Positions 15,954-25,150 of a stretch of DNA of 31,989 bases are shown here, one piece after another (within the stretch, counting starts at the first letter, position 1; the number at the start of each line of letters is the position of its first letter). Under the pieces are notes generated by a model. It searched no databases, was not told where the DNA came from, and saw only the letters and a list, made by a program, of their open reading frames with translations. The DNA comes from Coprothermobacterota bacterium. GTDB taxonomy: Bacteria > Coprothermobacterota > HKB111. The translations under genes were made by a program, and so were the position numbers. Where the stretch lies: NCBI GenBank assembly GCA_037440465.1, contig JBBIUB010000015.1, positions 1 through 31,989 on the forward strand. The letters are read 5' to 3'.

Positions 15954-16161
15954 GAACTTAGCAATCATTTTTATTAAACTTTATCAGGTGACTCTATCTC
16001 CTCTTCTGGGGGGAGCTAAATGTAGGTTTACACCATCCTGTTCTTCTTATGCCATAAAAGCAATAGATAAATATGGCGTCCTGAAGGGTGGATACCTTGC
16101 TGTAAAAAGAGTTTTACAGTGCCACCCACTAAGTGCCGGTGGTTATGATGATGTTCCATGA
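15946..16161 (+). CDS. yidD: Membrane protein insertion efficiency factor YidD
   Basis: [18 protein letters not shown] and [14 protein letters not shown]. Confidence 0.96.
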   Translation: MVKNLAIIFIKLYQVTLSPLLGGAKCRFTPSCSSYAIKAIDKYGVLKGGYLAVKRVLQCHPLSAGGYDDVP

Positions 16162-16185
16162 AAATAAAGAAAAAGGAGATATAAG

Positions 16186-16836
16186 ATGAATATAATTAAT
16201 ATTATTGCAGGGTTTCTTACAAGCATTTTAGAGTTTTTCTACGGTTTGGTAAATAACTATGGCGTAAGCATAATTATGCTTACAGTACTTATTAAACTTA
16301 TAATGATTCCTTCAGCCATCTCTCAGGTCAGGCAGCAGATACTTATGGAGATGGTGAAACCACTGGAGCTTGAAATAAGAAAAAAATATAAAGATAGTAA
16401 AGAAAAGTTAAACCAGGAAATAATGAAGTTATACTCTGAGAAGGGAATAAAACCATTGGGTTCCTGCCTGTTCATGCTTATTCAACTTCCGATCTGGTTT
16501 GGACTGTTCAGGGCACTATCTACGAACCAAGATTTTGTAGGTAAAGGATTTCTATGGTTAAAAGATTTAAGCAAACCTGATTCTCTGTATATTATTCCTG
16601 TTCTGGTGGGTATTACCACTTATATTCAATTTAAAATTACCACTTCCAAGCCCGTAGAGGGGGATAAAACAGCAGCAAGTATGGCTATGATGAATTATTT
16701 CTTCCCCCTGTTCTTAGCTTATATAACTATTAGCTTCCCTTCTGGCCTGGGTGTTTATTGGGTCTCATTTGGCGTACTTACTGCTCTTGAACAATTTTTC
16801 TTACGAAGGAGGCTTAAAGCTTGGCACAAGAAATAA
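16186..16836 (+). CDS. yidC: YidC/Oxa1 membrane insertase (short form, no large extracytoplasmic domain)
   Basis: NYGVSIIMLTVLIK, QEIMKLY, GSCLFMLIQLPI, FLWLKDLSKPD and PSGLGVYW. Confidence 0.95.
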   Translation: MNIINIIAGFLTSILEFFYGLVNNYGVSIIMLTVLIKLIMIPSAISQVRQQILMEMVKPLELEIRKKYKDSKEKLNQEIMKLYSEKGIKPLGSCLFMLIQLPIWFGLFRALSTNQDFVGKGFLWLKDLSKPDSLYIIPVLVGITTYIQFKITTSKPVEGDKTAASMAMMNYFFPLFLAYITISFPSGLGVYWVSFGVLTALEQFFLRRRLKAWHKK

Positions 16837-17516
16837 TTGTAGAAAAGGAAGGGGCAACTCCAAGAGAAGCCCTGTATAAAGCTCTTTTAGAGTTGGAAGC
16901 CTTAGAAGAGGAAGTGGATTATACTCTTGAAGAAGTCTTTCATAAAGGTTTTTTAGGTACGACTAAAAAGGCCTATAAGGTCAGAGTATGGTTAAAAGGG
17001 GTGCTTCCCCCACCAGAAAAACCCCCTGTAATAAAGGTTATTTCTGAGCAAACAACTATTACTGAACAATCACCTAATATAACCAGAGAACTTTTAGAAA
17101 AACTTGGCCTGACTTTTGATGAAGTAGCAGAAGAATTAACAGATAAAGGTATAGTTATAAGGATTCAGACTGAAGATGCAGGTAGGCTTATTGGAAAAGA
17201 TGGACATATTCTCCACGCTTTTCATAGAGTGTTGAAATCAATATATTTTCATAGATTCGGGAGATTAATACCTATTTCCCTGGATATCAATGATTATGTA
17301 AAGAATAGAGAAATAAAGATTTCACAACAGGTTGCTGAAGCTATAAGAAAGGTCAAACAATTTAAGAAAAAAATTGAATTTCCTGCCATGCCCAGTTGGG
17401 AGAGGAAGTTTGTACATAAAAAGGCCAATGAGGGAGGATTGAAGAGCGAATCCTACGGAAAAGAGCCGAACAGAAGGGTTGTTCTGTTCCCTCAAAATGA
17501 TTATAAATCAAAATAA
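16821..17516 (+). CDS. jag: Jag/EloR/KhpB RNA-binding protein (Jag_N + KH + R3H)
   Basis: N-terminal KGFLG, KH motif GRLIGKDG and R3H motif ERKFVH..SESYGKEPNRRVV. It follows yidC. Confidence 0.93.
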   Translation: MAQEIIVEKEGATPREALYKALLELEALEEEVDYTLEEVFHKGFLGTTKKAYKVRVWLKGVLPPPEKPPVIKVISEQTTITEQSPNITRELLEKLGLTFDEVAEELTDKGIVIRIQTEDAGRLIGKDGHILHAFHRVLKSIYFHRFGRLIPISLDINDYVKNREIKISQQVAEAIRKVKQFKKKIEFPAMPSWERKFVHKKANEGGLKSESYGKEPNRRVVLFPQNDYKSK

Positions 17517-18840
17517 AGAAACAATTGTAGCCATATCAACTCCTCTGGGGTGGGGAGCAATAGGTATAGTAAGAGTCTCGGGTCCCTCTTCTCTGGAGTT
17601 AGGCTCCTTGATTTTAGGAAAGAATCTAAATAATTTATCCCCGCGTTTTAATTATCATGGTTATGTTAAAGATCCTGAAACATTGGAGCTCATTGACGAT
17701 GTAATGTTTTCTTTTTACAGAGCTCCCAACTCTTATACAGGAGAAGATATGTTAGAAATCTGCACTCATGGTGGACTTCTTGCTCCAAGAGAAGTTTTAA
17801 GAGTCATTCTAAATAACGGCGTCAGGATGGCTGATAGAGGAGAGTTCACTCTAAGGGCTTTCTTGAATAATAAGATGGATTTATTAAAAGCTCAGGGTGT
17901 GCTGGATGCTGTTGATGCGAAATCTAAGAAAGCACTTTTAGCTGCGGTCTTTCGTCTTAAGGGTAAAGCAGGGAATATAATACAGGACTTCAAAGAAACA
18001 CTTCTGGCAATTCTTGTAAGTTTAGAAGCCACTCTGGATTTTCCAGAAGAGGTTGACGAAGAAAAAAAAGTGCGGGCTGACCTGTCTTCTGTCAATAATA
18101 ATTTATCTGACATACTTCAGGGTTTGGAAGCAAGCCAAAAACTAAGGCAGGGCTTAAAAGTAGTCATTATCGGAAAAACTAATGTTGGCAAGTCTTCTCT
18201 GTATAACAAACTTCTTAATGAGGAAAGAGCTATTGTAACTCCTTTGCCCGGTACAACCCGGGATGTACTGGAAAGTGCCTTAGAGTACGAGGGATTCCCT
18301 GTCCTGCTCTATGATACTGCGGGCATAAGAATGCCTACGGATGAAATTGAGTCTATAAGTATAAGCAGAACCAGGCAAGCGTTAGAAGGAGCTCACCTAC
18401 TTCTTCTGGTTGTTGATGGAAGCAACCCGCTTGATGAAGAAGACGAGAACTTCTTTTTTGAGCTGGGTAGAAAGGGCGGGATTGTTCTTATAAATAAAAT
18501 TGATTTACCTTTAAAAATTGACATGGAAAAGATAAATAATTCATGCTTTCCTGTGTTAGAAGTTTCAGCAAGCAAGGGTTGGGGAGTTGATAAAGTCCTA
18601 CCTAAAGTAATAGAAATGGCATTTTCACGGGAAGTAGATATACTTTTAACAGAAAGGGAAGCTTCATATCTTAGAAGAGTTGATGAGCATTTAAAAGAAA
18701 CCTTGAATCAATCATTAAGCTGGGATGCTATAGCTTTTCATTTGAGGGAAGGAGTTTCTATCCTTAGACAACTTTTAGGAGAGGAAGTACCACTGAATCT
18801 ATCAGATGAGATTTTCAAAAATTTCTGTGTAGGCAAGTAA
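17497..18840 (+). CDS. mnmE: tRNA modification GTPase MnmE (TrmE)
   Basis: ETIVAISTP, SYTGED, GEFTLRAFLN, GKTNVGKSS, PGTTRD, DTAG, NKID and terminal FCVGK. ATG 17497 is preferred to TTG 17479. Confidence 0.97.
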   Translation: MIINQNKETIVAISTPLGWGAIGIVRVSGPSSLELGSLILGKNLNNLSPRFNYHGYVKDPETLELIDDVMFSFYRAPNSYTGEDMLEICTHGGLLAPREVLRVILNNGVRMADRGEFTLRAFLNNKMDLLKAQGVLDAVDAKSKKALLAAVFRLKGKAGNIIQDFKETLLAILVSLEATLDFPEEVDEEKKVRADLSSVNNNLSDILQGLEASQKLRQGLKVVIIGKTNVGKSSLYNKLLNEERAIVTPLPGTTRDVLESALEYEGFPVLLYDTAGIRMPTDEIESISISRTRQALEGAHLLLLVVDGSNPLDEEDENFFFELGRKGGIVLINKIDLPLKIDMEKINNSCFPVLEVSASKGWGVDKVLPKVIEMAFSREVDILLTEREASYLRRVDEHLKETLNQSLSWDAIAFHLREGVSILRQLLGEEVPLNLSDEIFKNFCVGK

Positions 18841-18846
18841 AAGAAT

Positions 18847-18895
18847 GTGACGTATAACGCGAGACGAGTGACAAGTAAGAGACAATAGACGAGAG
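18847..18895. repeat. Degenerate heptamer tandem repeat
   Basis: GTGACGT ATAACGC GAGACGA GTGACAA (GTAA) GAGACAA TAGACGA GAG, consensus G(A/T)GAC(G/A)A. Confidence 0.55.
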
Positions 18896-18970
18896 CTTGG
18901 AATAAGTTTACAATTTAGAAAACAGTGACGGGGAACATAAAAAATTTGATAAGTAATTTCTCGTACTTAA

Positions 18971-20794
18971 ATGATTGACTTTTCTATAATTGTAGTAGGT
19001 GGTGGACATGCGGGAATTGAAGCAGCTCTGGCTTCTGTTAGAATGGGTGTTCCCGCCCTTCTTATTGCCATCAACCTGGATAATGTAGGTTGGACTCCCT
19101 GTAATCCGGCTATCGGTGGACCCGGGAAAGCCCAACTCGTAAGGGAGATAGACGCCCTTGGTGGTGAGATGGCGCTAATTACAGATAAAACCTATACTCA
19201 GATAAGAATGCTCAATACCAGTCGGGGACCAGCAGTAAAGAGTATGAGGTCTCAAGTGGATAGACTCCTTTATCATTCCGAAGCTAAATCTATCCTGGAA
19301 CATGTTCCTAACCTTTCCTTGCTACAAGGGGAAGTAGTCTCACTTGAAAGAGTGAACCTTGAGAGAGAGAACCCATTATTTAAGGTAACCATCAGGGACG
19401 GAAGAAGCTTTATAAGTCAGGTAGTTATTTTAGCCACCGGTACCTATCTCAAGGGGGTAGGACGCATAAGTTCTTTTTCATATCCCTGTGGGCGGGGTAT
19501 GGAGCCACCAGCGAACTATCTTTCAGACTCGTTAAAAAGTCTTGGTCTTAAACTACTTAGATTCAATACAGGCACTACACCCCGGGTGGATGGAAGAACT
19601 CTGGATAGAGAAGAGATGGATATTCAACACGGTGAAAAAGGACTGAAATTTTCTTACATAAGCTCACCCATAGAAAGAGACCAGCTCCCATCTTACCTGA
19701 CTTACACTGGAGAAGAAACCCATGAGATAGTAAGGGGTCATCTTCACCTGACAGCTTCACGCTCTACCGATATGGTGAAAGTGGGACCGCGATACTGCCC
19801 TTCAATAGAAGAAAAGATGGTCTGGTTTCCGGAGAAAAAGAGACACCCCGTATTCTTAGAACCTGAAGGTTTTAACACGGTGGAATACTATGTCCAGGGT
19901 CTTAATATAAGTCTTCCTCCTGATGTTCAAATACAAGTATTAAGAAGCGTTCCGGGCATGAAACGCGTGGAGATGATTCGGGCAGGATATGCCATAGATT
20001 ATGACCTTATAGACCCAATTCAACTATTCCCAACTCTCATGCTTAAGGATATTCCTGGTCTTTTCACTGCAGGACAGATTAATGGAACTACTGGTTATGA
20101 AGAAGCTGCTGCCCAGGGATTGATAGCTGGGATAAATGGTGCTCTTTATGTGATGGGAGAAGAGAGTTTTATCCCGGGTAGAGACTCTGCCTATATAGGA
20201 GTGCTTATTGATGACCTTTCTACAAAAGGAGTGGAAGAACCTTACCGGATGCTCACTTCCCGTGTGGAATATCGGCTATCACTTAGACAGGATAACGCAG
20301 ATTTGAGACTGACTCCTGATGGGCGAAAACTTGGATTGGTGAGTGATGAGAGGTACAGGATTTATCTTAAGAAGATTGGTGAGATAGAAGAAATCTTACT
20401 CTTCCTTAAAGGTAAACGCTATGGTGAAGTTACTCTTTACGAATTTCTTAAAAGACCTGAAGTTGCTCTTAGAGAAAGGATAATCTCCAATTTATATCCT
20501 GAGTTAAAGAAGTACAGTACGGAGGCTCTGGAAGAGGTTGAAATTGAAGTCAAGTATGAGGGCTATATTTTGAGAGAAAAAAGGAGAATAGATGAGTTTC
20601 GCAAGTTTGAAAATATTCTTATTCCTAAAGTCATAGAAGAAAAGCTGACAGTAGGGCTTTCTTCTCTTGGAGCATCACTTCTAAAAGAGAGAAGACCCAG
20701 GTCTCTTGGTGAATTTATGAGATATCCTGGCGTTTCACCACAGGATGGACTGGTTATTTTGGATAAAATTAGAAAATTGACACGGGAAGAGTAA
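18971..20794 (+). CDS. mnmG: tRNA uridine-5-carboxymethylaminomethyl synthesis enzyme MnmG (GidA)
   Basis: VVGGGHAGIEAA, CNPAIGG, GPRYCPSIE, AGQINGTTGYEEAAAQG and EPYRMLTSR. Confidence 0.98.
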   Translation: MIDFSIIVVGGGHAGIEAALASVRMGVPALLIAINLDNVGWTPCNPAIGGPGKAQLVREIDALGGEMALITDKTYTQIRMLNTSRGPAVKSMRSQVDRLLYHSEAKSILEHVPNLSLLQGEVVSLERVNLERENPLFKVTIRDGRSFISQVVILATGTYLKGVGRISSFSYPCGRGMEPPANYLSDSLKSLGLKLLRFNTGTTPRVDGRTLDREEMDIQHGEKGLKFSYISSPIERDQLPSYLTYTGEETHEIVRGHLHLTASRSTDMVKVGPRYCPSIEEKMVWFPEKKRHPVFLEPEGFNTVEYYVQGLNISLPPDVQIQVLRSVPGMKRVEMIRAGYAIDYDLIDPIQLFPTLMLKDIPGLFTAGQINGTTGYEEAAAQGLIAGINGALYVMGEESFIPGRDSAYIGVLIDDLSTKGVEEPYRMLTSRVEYRLSLRQDNADLRLTPDGRKLGLVSDERYRIYLKKIGEIEEILLFLKGKRYGEVTLYEFLKRPEVALRERIISNLYPELKKYSTEALEEVEIEVKYEGYILREKRRIDEFRKFENILIPKVIEEKLTVGLSSLGASLLKERRPRSLGEFMRYPGVSPQDGLVILDKIRKLTREE

Positions 20795-20831
20795 TTAAAT
20801 AATACCCAAATAATAGAGTTGACCCCTTTTT

Positions 20832-20840
20832 TGCTAAAAT
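20832..20840 (+). promoter_or_regulatory. Extended -10 immediately upstream of the gltX start
   Basis: TGCTAAAAT ends at 20840 and the ATG begins at 20847. No Shine-Dalgarno sequence. Confidence 0.5.
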
Positions 20841-20846
20841 TAGAGT

Positions 20847-22256
20847 ATGAAGAAAACCGAAATAAGAGTTAGATTTGCTCCGAGCCCTACAGGGTTCATG
20901 CATATAGGTAATGCCCGAACTGCCCTTTATAACTTCCTCTTTGTTAGAAATAAAAAAGGAAAATTCATCCTCCGAGTTGAGGATACAGATGTGGATAGAT
21001 CAACCAAAGAGTCCACAGATGTTATCTTTTCATCACTCCATTTTCTGGGAATAGATTGGGATGAAGGTCCCTACTTTCAATCGGAGAGATTGGATATTTA
21101 TCACGAGTATGCTCATAAACTTCTATTAAGCGGGCAAGCTTATAAATGTTACTGCTCTCCAGAAGAGATTGAAGATAGGAAAAGAAAGCTCAAGGAAAAA
21201 GGAAGAGTATTTAAATACGATAGATACTGCTTGAAACTAAATGGGGAAGAACTGGACAAAGTTAAAGATAGACCATTTGCTATCAGATTCCTGGTTCCTT
21301 ACGAAAAGATTTACTTTCATGATCTTATTAGGGGGGATATAACATTCCAAGGAGAAGAGATAGAAGATTTTGTACTTTTAAGAGGAGATAGGACACCCAC
21401 TTATAACTTTGCCTGCGTGGTTGATGATTATTTGTTAAACATAACTCATGTTATTCGGGGGGAAGACCACATACCAAATACTCCCAAACAGGTATTAGTA
21501 TATAAAGCCCTTGGTTGGGAGGTGCCATTATTAGCACATTTACCAATGATTCTGGGGCCCGACCATATAAAATTGAGTAAAAGGCATGGCGCTACTTCTG
21601 TGGAAGCCTATCGCGAAATGGGATATCTTCCAAGTGCGCTTGCTAATTATTTAGCCCTTCTGGGAGCTTCTTTTGAACCCGACAGAGAAGTTTACAATAT
21701 GGAAGAACTTATAAGATTCTTTTCACTGGATAGGGTTTCAAAGAAAGCAGCAGTATTTGACCCGGAAAAGCTTAAATGGATGAACAAGGAACATTTAAAA
21801 ATAATGGGAGAAGAAGAGATTGCCAGTCTCTTGGAATTGCGTGGTTTTCCCGGTAAAGAATATTCTCGGGCTGTAGATAGAACATATCTTTTGAAGGTAT
21901 TAAAACTCATAAAAGAACGGTTGACCCTACTTGATGATATTAAGAAAGAGTTTTCTTATTTCTTTCAAGCACCTACTTCTTATGATCCTATTGGCTTAGA
22001 GAATTATAAAAATGAAAGAATACGGAAAGAGTTAAACCTGTTGGTAGAAGTATTAAATGAACTTGAGGAATTCACCGCACCTTTCCTGGAAGATACCCTT
22101 CGTAGGTATGCAGAGAGTAGAGATTTAAAAGCTCGTGAATTAATTCATCCAATAAGGCTGGCGCTAACTGGTAAAACTGTGAGTCCAGGACTATTTGAAA
22201 TGATGGAAATTCTCGGGAAGGAAGAGACTATTTTGCGAATAAGGCTTTTTATATGA
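20847..22256 (+). CDS. gltX: Glutamate--tRNA ligase
   Basis: RVRFAPSPTGFMHIGN, RVEDTD, CYC..YDRYC zinc site, THVIRGEDH, KLSKRHG and anticodon domain RLALTG..SPGL. Confidence 0.98.
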   Translation: MKKTEIRVRFAPSPTGFMHIGNARTALYNFLFVRNKKGKFILRVEDTDVDRSTKESTDVIFSSLHFLGIDWDEGPYFQSERLDIYHEYAHKLLLSGQAYKCYCSPEEIEDRKRKLKEKGRVFKYDRYCLKLNGEELDKVKDRPFAIRFLVPYEKIYFHDLIRGDITFQGEEIEDFVLLRGDRTPTYNFACVVDDYLLNITHVIRGEDHIPNTPKQVLVYKALGWEVPLLAHLPMILGPDHIKLSKRHGATSVEAYREMGYLPSALANYLALLGASFEPDREVYNMEELIRFFSLDRVSKKAAVFDPEKLKWMNKEHLKIMGEEEIASLLELRGFPGKEYSRAVDRTYLLKVLKLIKERLTLLDDIKKEFSYFFQAPTSYDPIGLENYKNERIRKELNLLVEVLNELEEFTAPFLEDTLRRYAESRDLKARELIHPIRLALTGKTVSPGLFEMMEILGKEETILRIRLFI

Positions 22257-23308
22257 CTCTCAACCTGCTTAAGGTATTTGGATTCAGAAATCTCCAGGAC
22301 CAGGAAATTGAATTTAAATCAGGAATTAATCTTATATGGGGCGATAACGGTCAGGGTAAAACAAATACCCTGGAAGCAATATACCTTCTAGGCTGGCGAA
22401 ACTCATTCCGAGGTGCTTCCGATAAAGATCTATTGAAAGATGAACGAGATGGTTATTATGTATCCGGTCTTTTTTTTGATACACAGAAGGACAGTTTGTT
22501 GATAGAAATTGGTTTTGAAAGAGCAGGTAATAAAAAGGTTAAACTTCAAAGAAAAGAGGTTCAAGGTAAGATAGAGTTATTACTTAAAGTTCCCATGGTA
22601 ATTTTTCACCCTGGAGATTTAGGGTTGGTTCAGGGTGAACCTTATCTTAGAAGGAGTTTCCTGGATGGAGTTTTTGTAAGGGCTTCCTCTTATCATAGAA
22701 TAGTTATGGCTAATTTTTATCGCACACTTGTGCAGAGAAACAGACTTTTAAAGTTGATAAAGAACGGAGAGAGAACCCGGGAGGATATACTACCCTGGGA
22801 TAGAGAGTTTATAAAATGGGGAAATGAGCTGAGTACTTTAAGAGAGAAATATCTTAATTTTATGGAAGAGTGGCTAAAAGAAGTATATCCTGAACTTCAT
22901 GGTACTTCTATGGAGACTGAGATTAAATATCTCAAATCTTTTATTGACGAGAAACTTCTTGATAGGATCTTCCAGCATGAGGTGAAAAGAGGATTTAGTC
23001 TTGTTGGCCCTCAGGTGGAAGATTTTTCTATCTTCCTTGAGGGGAAGTTTGCCAGGACTCAGATTTCTCAGGGAGAGCAAAAACTCCTCGTTTTGGGTAT
23101 AAGGTGTGGAGAAGCAATTTTTCTTAAAGGTCAGGGGGAAATACCTTTACTTCTTCTGGATGATGGGTTAGCAAGTCTTGATTCAGTTAGGCAGAAAGCT
23201 ATGCTTAACAGAGTTCTTTCATTTCCTCAGGTTATTATAACCCACACCGAAAAAGTAACAGGAGATTTTTCCTCCTGTCATCAAATAAAAAGGGGCGTTA
23301 TAATATGA
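22253..23308 (+). CDS. recF: DNA replication/repair protein RecF
   Basis: FRNL, Walker A GDNGQGKTN, SFRG, RRSFLD, QRNRLLK, signature SQGEQK and Walker B LLLDD..LD. ATGA overlap with gltX. Confidence 0.95.
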   Translation: MTLNLLKVFGFRNLQDQEIEFKSGINLIWGDNGQGKTNTLEAIYLLGWRNSFRGASDKDLLKDERDGYYVSGLFFDTQKDSLLIEIGFERAGNKKVKLQRKEVQGKIELLLKVPMVIFHPGDLGLVQGEPYLRRSFLDGVFVRASSYHRIVMANFYRTLVQRNRLLKLIKNGERTREDILPWDREFIKWGNELSTLREKYLNFMEEWLKEVYPELHGTSMETEIKYLKSFIDEKLLDRIFQHEVKRGFSLVGPQVEDFSIFLEGKFARTQISQGEQKLLVLGIRCGEAIFLKGQGEIPLLLLDDGLASLDSVRQKAMLNRVLSFPQVIITHTEKVTGDFSSCHQIKRGVII

Positions 23309-23583
23309 AATTCTATAAAATAGGAGACATTTTACCAGAAGTTGCCCGAAACTATAACCTGGATATAGTTTTGGAGATTTTTGAACTTTTAAAGCAATTT
23401 TTGCCTGAAAGGGTCTTTACTCTTATAGAAGGAATAAAAGTAGATGATGCAGACCTCATAATAAATGTAAAAAATGATTCTACTGGAAGAAGTGAATTAA
23501 GGTTGTATAAAGAGGAGCTTCTTAAGAGGCTTAACGAATCTTTAAAAGATAGATACCAATTTGAAAGCTTAATAATTAAGTAA
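23305..23583 (+). CDS. DUF721 / DciA-like protein
   Basis: KIGDIL at the N-terminus and LIINV...SELRLYKEELLKRLNESL match the DUF721 pattern. ATGA overlap directly after recF, a common position for this family. Confidence 0.7.
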   Translation: MKFYKIGDILPEVARNYNLDIVLEIFELLKQFLPERVFTLIEGIKVDDADLIINVKNDSTGRSELRLYKEELLKRLNESLKDRYQFESLIIK

Positions 23584-23600
23584 ATAATCCAGAAGCGTCC

Positions 23601-24989
23601 CTAATTTATTGGTTGAAAGAAGTGTAAGGCTAATCCCCTTCCTATTTCTCCAGCTTCCATATAGATTTCACCGAGAGTGGGATGAGGGTGAATTATTTCG
23701 CTTAACTGTTGGAGGGTCATTCTCTCCTGAACCAGAACAGTACCCTCTCCTATTAGGTTAGGCGCCTCTTCACCCAGAATCTGGACACCAAGTATTCTGT
23801 CACTGCCTTCTTCCACTGTCATAGATAGAAATCCATCTCTAACTTCTTCTACAAGCGCCATCCCAATTGCTGACCAGGGACAGGTAACCCTTTTAGCGTT
23901 ATAACCAGCTTCAGTAGCCTCTTTCAGAGTGAGCCCGGTTAAAGCTAAAGGTGGTAGAGTATAAGTAACACGGGGGATTACTGTCAAGTCCACTGGGTTA
24001 CTTTTTTTCAGCAAGGCATTTTCTACTGCTGCAAGACCCATGTGAGTGGCTATGTGGGCTAATTGAATTTTAGAGGTTACATCACCTGCGCAGTATATGC
24101 CCTTTACATCGGTACTAAGGTCTTCTTTGGTAAAGAGGGTGTCGGTATTGTTGGTAGTTAAGCCTATCTCTTTTGAACCAACTGGTAGTAGTGGTTTTCT
24201 TCCTGTGGCAATTAGTACCTTTTCAAACTGTAACTCCTGTCTTCCATCAGAGGTCAGGATAGATACAGAAACCTTATCTTCTACATATTTCATTTCTTCT
24301 AATCGGGCATTGGTATAGAATTTTAAACCCTGTCTAACCAGAAGTTTCTTGAGTTCTACAGCTAACACAGGATCTTCCAAAGGAAGAATCTCAGGCATGA
24401 TTTCCACGACTGATACCTCTGTTCCAAAGGCTCTGAATATGGAAGCAAATTCCAGTCCCATTACCCCGGCTCCCACCACCAGCAAGGAGGAAGGAAGGGC
24501 TCTTAAGTTCAAAATATCATCTGAACTTAATATCCCTTTACCGTCTGGAGTCAGGAAGGATGGGAAAGCAGCATAGGTCCCTGTAGCAATGAGAATATTT
24601 TCAGTTTCAAGAATATCTTCCCCAACCTTAATTTTTGAAGGACTTACAAGAGTTCCCTCTCCCTTAAAAAAATCTACTTTTCTGGCTTTGAGAAGGTAAT
24701 CAATCCCTTTTCTCAAGGCGGATATTACAAATTCCTTTTTATCTGCAACCTTTTCGAAGTTAAAACCTTCTTCTTTTACTGAAATACCCCAACGGGGCAT
24801 CTTTTTAATATTTCCTTTCAGGGAGGCAGCATGATAAAAAGTCTTTGTAGGAATACAACCTTTATTAAGGCATAATCCTCCCAGTTCCGATTTTTCTATT
24901 AGGGCTACCTTAGCACCAAGAGTAGCGCCTCTCAAGGCTGCGGTATAACCTGCTGGACCTCCGCCAAAAACAACCAGATTATAGGACAT
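23601..24989 (-). CDS. lpdA: Dihydrolipoyl dehydrogenase (E3)
   Basis: GGGPAGY, GGLCLNKGCIPTK redox disulfide, GAGVMGLE and HPHPTLGE. GGAGG RBS. Confidence 0.95.
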   Translation of the reverse strand: MSYNLVVFGGGPAGYTAALRGATLGAKVALIEKSELGGLCLNKGCIPTKTFYHAASLKGNIKKMPRWGISVKEEGFNFEKVADKKEFVISALRKGIDYLLKARKVDFFKGEGTLVSPSKIKVGEDILETENILIATGTYAAFPSFLTPDGKGILSSDDILNLRALPSSLLVVGAGVMGLEFASIFRAFGTEVSVVEIMPEILPLEDPVLAVELKKLLVRQGLKFYTNARLEEMKYVEDKVSVSILTSDGRQELQFEKVLIATGRKPLLPVGSKEIGLTTNNTDTLFTKEDLSTDVKGIYCAGDVTSKIQLAHIATHMGLAAVENALLKKSNPVDLTVIPRVTYTLPPLALTGLTLKEATEAGYNAKRVTCPWSAIGMALVEEVRDGFLSMTVEEGSDRILGVQILGEEAPNLIGEGTVLVQERMTLQQLSEIIHPHPTLGEIYMEAGEIGRGLALHFFQPIN

Positions 24990-25067
24990 AGAAACCTCCA
25001 GTCTTTAGAGTCTATTTGGTTTTATTAGTTTAAGCCTAAGTTTAATTATACAATTTTTATTTGAATT

Positions 25068-25094
25068 TGAACCCTTAAGTGTATCTAACCGTCT
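25068..25094 (+). promoter_or_regulatory. Putative ECF-sigma promoter
   Basis: TGAACC (25068-25073), a 16-nt spacer, then CGTCT (25090-25094), upstream of the surface-protein gene. Confidence 0.45.
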
Positions 25095-25150
25095 TTATAG
25101 TTGAAGGAGTTTATTAAATAAAAGATAGTTGAAAGAGGTAAAATAACCTG

